Source: Pirellulales bacterium (GTDB taxonomy: Bacteria > Planctomycetota > Planctomycetia > Pirellulales > UBA1268). Taken from it: a stretch of 64,000 bases of DNA. Shown piece after piece: positions 45,582-53,090 of the stretch. Position 1 is the first letter of the stretch, and every line of letters starts with the position of its first letter. Under the pieces are notes generated by a model, which was not told the DNA's origin, searched no databases, and saw only the letters and a program-made list of their open reading frames with translations. A program made the translations under genes and the position numbers. The stretch covers positions 15,847-79,846 of the forward strand of contig JBIIQM010000001.1 of the NCBI GenBank assembly GCA_044342075.1. Reading direction: 5' to 3'.

Positions 45582-48281
45582 TTACTCGCAGCAAGGCACC
45601 TCGCGGTACACCGTCGTCGGCACGCACTTGGTCACCGTGTAGGCGACCTTCTTCGGCACCATGCGGACGACTTCCACCGTCTTGGTGTAGTGGACAGGCC
45701 GGGTGGTGAAGACGGGCACCTGCTTGGTGTGCGTCTCCTTCACCATGGTGCAGACCTTGTAGCACTCCTCACGGGAGCACTCTTCGCGCACCATCTTGCA
45801 CACCTTCTGAGTGCAGGTCTTCACGCGTTGCTCGGCAACCATCGTGCAGACCTTGTACTCACAGGTGCGGACCTGTTCTTCCTTCACCATCTTGCAGACC
45901 TTGTAGCAGCAGGTGCGAACCCGCTGCTCCGGAACCATCTTGCAGACCTTGTAGGTCCGCACGCGCTGTTCCGGAACCATCTTGCAGACCTGGTAGGTGC
46001 AGTGGCGGACCTGCACTTCCGGAACCATGCGGCAGACCTGGTAGCTGCAGGTGCGAACACGGTGCTCGGGCACCATCTTGCACACCTGGTAGGTCCGAAC
46101 ACGCTGCTCGGGCACCATGCGGCACACCTGGTACGAGCAGGTGCGAACACGCTGCTCGGGAACCATGCGGCACACCTGATACGTCCGAACACGCTGTTCC
46201 GGCACCATGCGGCACACCTGGTACGAGCAGGTGCGAACACGCTGCTCGGGGACCATGCGGCACACCTGATACGTCCGAACACGCTGTTCCGGCACCATGC
46301 GGCACACCTGGTACGAGCAGGTGCGAACACGCTGCTCAGGAACCATGCGGCACACCTGATACGTCCGAACACGCTGTTCCGGCACCATGCGGCACACCTG
46401 GTACGAGCAGGTGCGAACCCGCTGCTCGGGGACCATGCGGCACACCTGATACGTGCGAACCCGCTGCTCCGGCACCATGCGGCACACCTGGTACGAGCAG
46501 GTGCGGACACGCTGCTCGGGGACCATGCGGCACACCTGGTAGGTGCGCACCCGCTGCTCCGGCACCATCTTGCAGACGGTGTAGGTGCAGGTGCGGACCC
46601 GCTGCTCGGGCACCATCTTGCAGACCTTGTAGCACCGGACGCGCTGTTCCGGCACCATCCGGCAGACCGTGTAGGAGCAGGTCTTCACCCGCTGCTCGGC
46701 GACCATCTTGCAGACCTTGTAGCACTGCTTCTCGACGATCGTCTCACGCTCGTACCGGACGCAATTGACTTCCTTCTCGCAGACCGTCGGCACCCACTTC
46801 TTCTTCGTGATGGTGCGCGGCGGGCACTGCTCCTCGACGCGGCAGACCTTGCCGGGGATGTAGCGGCGACGGCCGGAGCAGTCGCACTCCCAGCAACCGG
46901 GCTCACGCACGCAGCGGGTGATCACCGGGCCGGGGACCTCGCAGGTCTCCGTTTCCCAGTGGCCGCCGCAGACCTTGACGGTCTTCGTGTAGTGAACCGG
47001 CTTGCAAACCGTCTTGCAGACGTCCCGCTCGCGGGTCTCCCACACCGGCTTGCACACGGTGTAGGGCACTTCCTTCGTCCGGGTCTCCGACACCGGCTTG
47101 CAGACCGTGTAGGTCTCCTGCCGCTCTTCATACACGGGCTTGCAGACCGTGTAGGGGATCTCCTTGGTGAAGGTCTCCTGGACCGGCTTGCAGACGGTGT
47201 AGGTCTGCTCGCGGGTCTCATACACCGGCTTGCAGACGGTGTAGGGGATTTCCTTGACGCGGGTCTCGTAGACCGGCTTGCAGACCGTGTAGGTCTGTTC
47301 GCGAGTCTCATAGACCGGCTTGCACACCGTGTAGGGGATCTCCTTCGTCATCGTCTCGTAGACCGGCTTGCAGACCGTGTAGGTCTGTTCGCGGGTCTCG
47401 TAGACCGGCTTGCACACCGTGTAAGGGATCTCCTTCGTCCGCGTCTCGTAGACCGGCTTGCAGACCGTGTAGGTCTGTTCGCGGGTCTCATAGACCGGCT
47501 TGCACACCGTGTAGGGGATCTCCTTCGTCATCGTCTCGTACACCGGCTTGCAGACCGTGTAGGTCTGTTCGCGGGTCTCGTAGACCGGCTTGCACACCGT
47601 GTAGGGGATCTCCTTGGTCATCGTCTCGTAGACCGGCTTGCAGACGGTGCTACGGATCTCGCGGGTCCGCGTCTCGTAGACCGGCTTGCAGACCGTGTAG
47701 GTCTCCTGCCGCTCTTCGTAGACGGGGGTGCAGACCGTGTAAGGAATCTCCTTGGTCACGGTCTCCCACACCGGCTTGCAGACGGTGCTGCGGATCTCGC
47801 GGGTCCGGGTCTCCCACACCGGCTTGCAGACCGTGTAGGGGATCTCCTTCGTGAACGTCTCCCACACCGGCTTGCACACGGTGTAGTTGACGGTCCGCGA
47901 ACGGTTCTCCCACACCGGCTTGCAGACGGTGTATTCGACGTCCTTGAACGACTTCTCGGTCTCGTAGCGGACGCAGTTCACCTCTCGCTGCTCGACGACC
48001 TTTTCGCAGACCGTCTTGTAGCAGGTGTACTGCTTCTGCTCGTACACGACGTCCTTCACCATGCGGGTGCCGCAGCACGACGCCTTGGCGGCGCAACTGG
48101 GTTCGCTGGCGGAGGACTCACAACTTGAACAACCACCACGGGCATGGGCGAAACCGACCGTCGTCAGTTTCGCGGCGCCGTGTTTGTAGCTGGCAAGCCC
48201 GCAGTAGGCGGCGTCGGCGCGATTCACCAACGACGCGATGCAGGCGATTGCCAGCAGACAACAGAGCCACGTACTTCTCAT
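45582..48281 (-). CDS. 899-aa secreted cysteine-rich YTV-repeat protein
   Basis: ATG at 48281 after GGAAGAGG. Signal peptide MRSTWLCCLLAIACIASLVNRADA, ~21 YTVCKPV(Y/W)ET units, then ~22 C.Y.VC(R/K)MVPEQRVRT units. Confidence 0.9.
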   Translation of the reverse strand: MRSTWLCCLLAIACIASLVNRADAAYCGLASYKHGAAKLTTVGFAHARGGCSSCESSASEPSCAAKASCCGTRMVKDVVYEQKQYTCYKTVCEKVVEQREVNCVRYETEKSFKDVEYTVCKPVWENRSRTVNYTVCKPVWETFTKEIPYTVCKPVWETRTREIRSTVCKPVWETVTKEIPYTVCTPVYEERQETYTVCKPVYETRTREIRSTVCKPVYETMTKEIPYTVCKPVYETREQTYTVCKPVYETMTKEIPYTVCKPVYETREQTYTVCKPVYETRTKEIPYTVCKPVYETREQTYTVCKPVYETMTKEIPYTVCKPVYETREQTYTVCKPVYETRVKEIPYTVCKPVYETREQTYTVCKPVQETFTKEIPYTVCKPVYEERQETYTVCKPVSETRTKEVPYTVCKPVWETRERDVCKTVCKPVHYTKTVKVCGGHWETETCEVPGPVITRCVREPGCWECDCSGRRRYIPGKVCRVEEQCPPRTITKKKWVPTVCEKEVNCVRYERETIVEKQCYKVCKMVAEQRVKTCSYTVCRMVPEQRVRCYKVCKMVPEQRVRTCTYTVCKMVPEQRVRTYQVCRMVPEQRVRTCSYQVCRMVPEQRVRTYQVCRMVPEQRVRTCSYQVCRMVPEQRVRTYQVCRMVPEQRVRTCSYQVCRMVPEQRVRTYQVCRMVPEQRVRTCSYQVCRMVPEQRVRTYQVCRMVPEQRVRTCSYQVCRMVPEQRVRTYQVCKMVPEHRVRTCSYQVCRMVPEVQVRHCTYQVCKMVPEQRVRTYKVCKMVPEQRVRTCCYKVCKMVKEEQVRTCEYKVCTMVAEQRVKTCTQKVCKMVREECSREECYKVCTMVKETHTKQVPVFTTRPVHYTKTVEVVRMVPKKVAYTVTKCVPTTVYREVPCCE
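45736..46725 (-). repeat. tandem array B: MVPEQRVRT units, 42/48-bp alternating (90-bp super-unit), five near-identical copies around 46080-46530
   Basis: Near-perfect 90-bp periodicity is visible in the DNA (ggcaccatgcggcacacctggtacgagcaggtgcgaacacgctgctcgg...). Confidence 0.9.
46962..47933 (-). repeat. tandem array A: YTV units, 42/48-bp alternating (90-bp super-unit)
   Basis: Repeated cttgcagaccgtgtaggt... blocks. At protein level YTVCKPVYETREQT alternates with YTVCKPVYETMTKEIP. Confidence 0.9.
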
Positions 48282-48509
48282 GTCTGCTGCCTCTTCCGAG
48301 GCAGGCTCCTGAGCTGGGATTGGAAACGGGGAACGAAACGCTGGGGATGCGGAGGCGGTTGCCCACTTCCACACCTTCTTAAAGATCGACCACAAACTCG
48401 CCGCAGGTTGATCACTCCCCGCAACCGATCCTGCTTTTCCAGACCCCCAGTGACCCTACAACCGATCCAGATTGACTCGGGGTGGTGGTTTCGTTTCGAT
48501 TTGTCCGGA

Positions 48510-48533
48510 TAAGCGGGTAGAGTCTCCCGCTTA
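48510..48533. promoter_or_regulatory. inverted repeat TAAGCGGG-N8-CCCGCTTA upstream of rex
   Basis: Perfect 8-bp arms, 28 nt before the rex ATG. It does not match the classical Rex box. Confidence 0.2.
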
Positions 48534-48560
48534 ACGGGGCAGTTCCTCGAGGCCGTTCGC

Positions 48561-49238
48561 ATGACCGACCCACGACCCCAGCCCAGCGAGATTCCCTCCG
48601 ACGCCTCGGTGCCGAAGGTCGTCGTCAGCCGTCTCTCCCTCTACCTGAGGGAGCTGCAGCGCCTGCAGGCCGCGGGGCAGCAGACGATCTCCTCGGGGCA
48701 GCTCGGCACGCTCCTGGGCTTCAGCGACGCCCAGGTGCGTAAGGACCTCGGCTTCTTCGGGCAGTTTGGCTATCCCGGCGTGGGTTATCGCTGCGACGAG
48801 CTCATCCGCGCGATGCGCGACATTCTCGGCACCAATCATTCCTGGCCCGTGGTGATGATCGGCGTGGGCAACCTCGGCCAGGCGCTGCTCGGCTACCGCG
48901 GCTTCGGCCGGCAAAACTTTTCGATCCAGGCCGCCTTCGACGCCGACCCCGCGAAGGTCGGCCAGACGGTGCAAGGCATCCGCATCCAACACATCGACGA
49001 GCTGCCCGAGGTGGTGAAGTCGAAGGGCATCCGTCTCGGCATGATCGTGGTGCCGGCGGAGCGGGCGCAGGAGGCGGCCGACCGGCTCGTCGCGGCGGGC
49101 ATCGAGGGCATCGTGAACTTCGCCCCCGTCACGCTCACGCTCCCGCCCCACGTGCAGATCGTGTCGGTGGATCTCGCGATCGAGCTCGAGCAGCTCTCGT
49201 TCGCCGTCACGAGCAAGCTCGCCAAAGCCCTCGAGTAG
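48561..49238 (+). CDS. rex: redox-sensing transcriptional repressor Rex
   Basis: Winged-helix N-terminus (RLSLYLRELQRL...ISSGQLG...G....QVRKDL..FG.FG.PGVGY) and a Rossmann GVGNLG motif. Confidence 0.92.
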   Translation: MTDPRPQPSEIPSDASVPKVVVSRLSLYLRELQRLQAAGQQTISSGQLGTLLGFSDAQVRKDLGFFGQFGYPGVGYRCDELIRAMRDILGTNHSWPVVMIGVGNLGQALLGYRGFGRQNFSIQAAFDADPAKVGQTVQGIRIQHIDELPEVVKSKGIRLGMIVVPAERAQEAADRLVAAGIEGIVNFAPVTLTLPPHVQIVSVDLAIELEQLSFAVTSKLAKALE

Positions 49239-49338
49239 GACAAAAAGGTGTCAGGACTCTTTTTCGTTCCACCTTTTTGCTGTCGCGGCTTGCCCCTTCA
49301 GGTTCAGGCCGAAAAAGAGTCCTGACACCTTTTTGTCC
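49238..49338. repeat. family-2 hairpin element, copy 2 (perfect 29-bp arms)
   Basis: GGACAAAAAGGTGTCAGGACTCTTTTTCG, a 43-nt centre, then the exact reverse complement. It starts at the G of the rex TAG stop. Confidence 0.9.
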
Positions 49339-49362
49339 ACCGCGTCAATTACACTCTCCTGC

Positions 49363-51627
49363 ATGCCTCCCGAACGCGCCGTCGTCTTCCTCCCCTGCTA
49401 TTCGCTCGACGACTTTCCCACCTGGCTCGACGACCGCGAGGCCGACGAGCTTCTTGCCCATTGGACGGCCGCCTGGGATCCGCGGCTCATCGCTGCCACC
49501 GGCAAGATCCCCGACTGGGCGAGCGTCGACGTTTCCCCGCAGGATGGCGAAGCGTTCCTCGGGCTCGTGCCTCCCCAGTGCGACGAGCGATTCGAAGTCA
49601 TGGCCTCGACAACGGGCCTGGCCGGTTCGCAGGTCGTGCGGCAGGTGCAGGGACGCGACGCGATCGTGGCGGAGGCCGTCATGAAGCTCGGCGTCGCGCA
49701 GCCCGAAGACCCTCCCTTGCGCGAAGACTTTCATGCCCTCGGCCTCGCCTGGCTCCTCTCTGAATTGCTCGCCCGAAGGATGCGGTCTTCGACGGCGCTG
49801 GGGGCCACGAATTTCGCGGAGGCGGCCGTGGCCGCCGCACGGTCGTCCGTCGCTGGCGACGAGCCTGCGACGCGAGAGAAGCTGCAGGAGTGCTTTGGCG
49901 CGCTCGCGGCAAACCGCGGCCAGTACTATCCGGTCGATTTCTGGCTGCTCGATCTCGTGCTGCTCGCCGAGTCGACGCTCGGGCCGCGGCTGGCGCGGGA
50001 GCTCGACTCGATAACGCCGCTGGCCTTTGTCGCCACCGGCCAGGTGATCGAATCGCTCGCCCACACCGATCCCGCCCTGCTCGCTCGCATGCGGTCGCGG
50101 CTGGAGGACGGCAGCATCGAGATCGTGGGGGGGCGTTACGATTCCACGGCGCTCGAGTGCTGCACGCTCGCCACGATCCGCGAGTCGTTTGCCCGCGGGC
50201 AGGCCTCGTATCGCGCTCACCTGGGCGCAGTGCCCACCACTCATGGCCAGTGCACGGGTGGCTCGTCCGCATTCCTGCCGGCGATCCTCACCGAACTCGG
50301 ATATTCCGGCGCGATCTGGACGCTCTTCGACGGAACGCCGCTCCCCGACACGGGCACAAGCCGCATCCGCTGGCAGGGAGAAGGAAAGGCGTGCATCGAT
50401 GCCGTGGCGCGGCCGCCGCTCGACGCCCGCTCGGCCGCGACGATCCTCTCGCTTGCCGACAAAATCGGCGACGCGCTCGACCATGACCACACGGCCGTGA
50501 TCCAGTTTGCCCATTACGCCGGCACGGCGAGCCCGTGGTTTGAGGCCCTGCGGCGGATCGGCGGCTGGAGCACTGCGCTCGGCACGTTCGTGACGCCGCA
50601 GAAGTTGTTCGCCGCCACGGCCGGCGCCGGCATGCTCGCCGACTTCGCCCCCGACGCCTTCCCGCCCACGCTCCCCGACGCGAAGGACGATGCATCCCCC
50701 GACCCGCTCGGTGCCAAAGTCGCTGCCGCCCGCGACGAGGCCCGCCGGCTCGCCTCGATGGAGCCGGCGATCGCTGAGTGGCAGGCGGCAATTGCCACGC
50801 CGGCGCCGGTAACGGCCGCGCCGGCCGCGTCACGGGAGCCAGCGATCTGGCAGCGCGTGGCCCGCGGGCTCTTTGGCGGGGCTGACAACGATGACGCGCG
50901 GCTCTTGCTCGAGAATGAGTGGCTGCGGCTCAAGGTCAATCCGAAGACGGGTGGCCTGCTCTCGCTGCGCAGCGTGAAAAACGATCGCGGCAACCAGCTC
51001 TCGCAGCAGCTCTCGCTGCGCACCACCCGGCCAGCGCCCCCGGTGGGCTCGGCGTGGGAAGACCCGCAGGAGCGCGCCCTTTATTCAAGCATGGTGGCCG
51101 ACCGCATTCTCCGCGAAGGGCCGGCTTCGATCGTGAGTTCAGGGCGGCTCGTCGATGCCGATGGCCGCGAACTGGGCGGCTTCACGCAGCGTGTCTCGCT
51201 CGTGGCAGGCCGGCCGCTCGCCCTCATCGACATCGATCTCACGGTGCCGCGGCACGGGATCGCCGGGCCTGTCTTCGAGGCTTATGCCGCCTGCCGGTTC
51301 GCCTGGAACGAGAATGACGACATCGATCTCTGCCGCAGCCTCCATGCCGAGCCGATCGTCACGGAGCGCAGCCGGTTCACGGCGCCCCACTTCCTTGCGC
51401 TCAAAAACATCGCCGCCCGGGCTGACGACGTCTTCATCGCCACCGGCGGACTTCCCTGGAGCCTGCGGTCCGCGCCCCACATGGTCGATCTGATCCTGCT
51501 CGCCGGCAGCCGGCAGGCGGGCGCCTTCCGTTTGGCCGTGGGGCTTGGCATCGAGAGCCCGCGGGAAGTAGCGTTGGCCCTCGCGGCCGACACTCCGTCG
51601 GCCCCACTGGCAGGAGCCGCAGGATGA
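49363..51627 (+). CDS. conserved hypothetical protein (C-terminal half weakly GH38-C-like)
   Basis: 754-aa ORF from the ATG of MPPERAVVFLPCYSL. LLLENEWLRLKVNPKTGGLLSLRS resembles alpha-mannosidase C-terminal domains, but no catalytic motif was recognised. ATGA coupling to cmk. Confidence 0.45.
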   Translation: MPPERAVVFLPCYSLDDFPTWLDDREADELLAHWTAAWDPRLIAATGKIPDWASVDVSPQDGEAFLGLVPPQCDERFEVMASTTGLAGSQVVRQVQGRDAIVAEAVMKLGVAQPEDPPLREDFHALGLAWLLSELLARRMRSSTALGATNFAEAAVAAARSSVAGDEPATREKLQECFGALAANRGQYYPVDFWLLDLVLLAESTLGPRLARELDSITPLAFVATGQVIESLAHTDPALLARMRSRLEDGSIEIVGGRYDSTALECCTLATIRESFARGQASYRAHLGAVPTTHGQCTGGSSAFLPAILTELGYSGAIWTLFDGTPLPDTGTSRIRWQGEGKACIDAVARPPLDARSAATILSLADKIGDALDHDHTAVIQFAHYAGTASPWFEALRRIGGWSTALGTFVTPQKLFAATAGAGMLADFAPDAFPPTLPDAKDDASPDPLGAKVAAARDEARRLASMEPAIAEWQAAIATPAPVTAAPAASREPAIWQRVARGLFGGADNDDARLLLENEWLRLKVNPKTGGLLSLRSVKNDRGNQLSQQLSLRTTRPAPPVGSAWEDPQERALYSSMVADRILREGPASIVSSGRLVDADGRELGGFTQRVSLVAGRPLALIDIDLTVPRHGIAGPVFEAYAACRFAWNENDDIDLCRSLHAEPIVTERSRFTAPHFLALKNIAARADDVFIATGGLPWSLRSAPHMVDLILLAGSRQAGAFRLAVGLGIESPREVALALAADTPSAPLAGAAG

Positions 51628-52313
51628 TCATCACGCTCGACGGTCCGGCAGGCGCGGGCAAGAGTTCCGCCGCGCGGGCGCTGGCCCGGCGGCTCGGCTG
51701 GTGCTACATCGACACCGGCGCCATGTATCGGGCCGTCACGCTCGTGGCGCTCGACCGCGGCATTCCGCTCGAGGATTCCGCGCGGATCGCGACCCTCACG
51801 GAGTCGGTGCGGATCGAGTTTTGCGACGGCCGTGTGGTCGTCGATGGCCGCGACGTCTCCACCGAGATTCGCACCGAGCGGATCACGCTGGCCACGCGGC
51901 CGGTCGCCGACGCCCCCCCCGTGCGCGACGCGATGAAGCGGGTGCAGCGTCGGATGGCCGAGGGGATCGACGTGGTCACGGAGGGCCGCGACCAGGGTTC
52001 GGTCGTGTTTCCCCATGCCGAATTGAAGGTCTTTCTCACCGCATCGGCCGAGGAGCGGGCCCGGCGACGCCACCGCGAGGAGGTGGGCCGGGGCAATGCC
52101 GCATCGATCGAGGCGGTGCTCGCCTCGCAGTCGCAGCGCGACGAGGCCGATCGCACGCGGCCGGTCGGCGCGATGAAGCCCGCCGACGACGCCGTGACGC
52201 TCGAGACCGACGGCATGAGCCCGGAGCAGGTGATCGACCGGCTCGTCGCCATGATCGAGGCCGTGCGCAGGTCGGGCCCGCATGGCTCGGGGAAGGCGGC
52301 CGGCCAATCATGA
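51624..52313 (+). CDS. cmk: (d)CMP kinase
   Basis: IITLDGPAGAGKSS P-loop, IDTGAMYRAVT, EGRDQGSVVFP. Confidence 0.93.
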   Translation: MIITLDGPAGAGKSSAARALARRLGWCYIDTGAMYRAVTLVALDRGIPLEDSARIATLTESVRIEFCDGRVVVDGRDVSTEIRTERITLATRPVADAPPVRDAMKRVQRRMAEGIDVVTEGRDQGSVVFPHAELKVFLTASAEERARRRHREEVGRGNAASIEAVLASQSQRDEADRTRPVGAMKPADDAVTLETDGMSPEQVIDRLVAMIEAVRRSGPHGSGKAAGQS

Positions 52314-53014
52314 CCGACCAGCAGGCCGCGACGGGCTCCACTTCGGCAGCCGCACCCGCGGGCCCCGGTGGCCGCCACACCGCGTTTGGCCGCTGTCTCT
52401 ATGCCGCGCTCTGGGTGATCTGCCGCACGCTCGGCATCTCGGTCTTCGGCGTGCGCACACGCTTCGCCGAGCCTTTGCCGAAGACGGGCGGCCTGCTCGT
52501 GCTCTCGAGCCACCAGAGCCATCTCGATCCGCTGCTCTTGGGCCTCGCCTGCGACCGGCGGCTTTCGAGCCTCGCCCGCGCGTCGCTCTACAAGTTCAAG
52601 CCGTTCGGCTACGTGATCACGGCGCTCGATGCGGTGCCGATCGACCGTGAGGCCTCCACGGTGGCGGCGATGAAGGCCGTGATCCGGAGGCTGGAAGCGG
52701 GCGCGGCGGTAGTCGTCTTTCCGGAGGGCACGCGCACCCCCACGGGCCGGCTCACCGATCTCAAGAGCGGTTTCGCACTGTTGGCAAAGCGGGCGAAGGT
52801 GCCGATCGTGCCCGTGGCGATCGTCGGCGCCTGGGAATGCTGGCCGCGCACTCGGCTCTTCCCGCAGCCGGGCCGCGTGCGGCTCGAGTTTGGCAAGCTG
52901 CTGATGCCCGAGGAGATCGCCGCCATGGACGAGCGGCAGATCCTCGCCGAATGCACCGCGCGGCTCACGGCCCTCGACGCCGAAGCCCGCCGCATCCGCA
53001 ATCACGGAAAGTAG
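52310..53014 (+). CDS. plsC: 1-acyl-sn-glycerol-3-phosphate acyltransferase
   Basis: ATGA overlap with cmk. HX4D (SHQSHLD) and FPEGTR motifs. Its TAG stop is in a REP head. Confidence 0.85.
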   Translation: MTDQQAATGSTSAAAPAGPGGRHTAFGRCLYAALWVICRTLGISVFGVRTRFAEPLPKTGGLLVLSSHQSHLDPLLLGLACDRRLSSLARASLYKFKPFGYVITALDAVPIDREASTVAAMKAVIRRLEAGAAVVVFPEGTRTPTGRLTDLKSGFALLAKRAKVPIVPVAIVGAWECWPRTRLFPQPGRVRLEFGKLLMPEEIAAMDERQILAECTARLTALDAEARRIRNHGK

Positions 53015-53090
53015 GACAGGCTTCAGCCTGTCATGAAGCACGACAGGCTGAAGCCTGTCATGAAGCACGACAGGCTGAAGCCTGTCCTAC
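53011..53090. repeat. REP cluster of three units with a duplicated 27-bp (spacer plus unit) block
   Basis: Units at 53011-53032, 53042-53059 and 53069-53090. The ATGAAGCAC spacer occurs twice. Confidence 0.92.

Noticed and set aside
44202-48128. 1,308-aa plus-strand ORF with a striking HLVRAGANTLL... periodicity
   Set aside because: It is the mirror image of the YTV gene's tandem arrays and crosses an intergenic region and the PEP-CTERM gene out of frame. The minus-strand gene has a signal peptide, an RBS and a terminator.
48396-48560. Canonical Rex operator upstream of rex or the YTV gene
   Set aside because: No TTGTGAA-N-TTCACAA-like palindrome was found by eye. Only the non-canonical repeats reported as a low-interest finding were seen.
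53011-53090. Possible mini-CRISPR (three 18-22-bp repeats with 9-bp spacers); also considered at 57843-57921
   Set aside because: The spacers are far too short and are identical. The units occur in both orientations and belong to the dispersed REP family. No cas genes are present.
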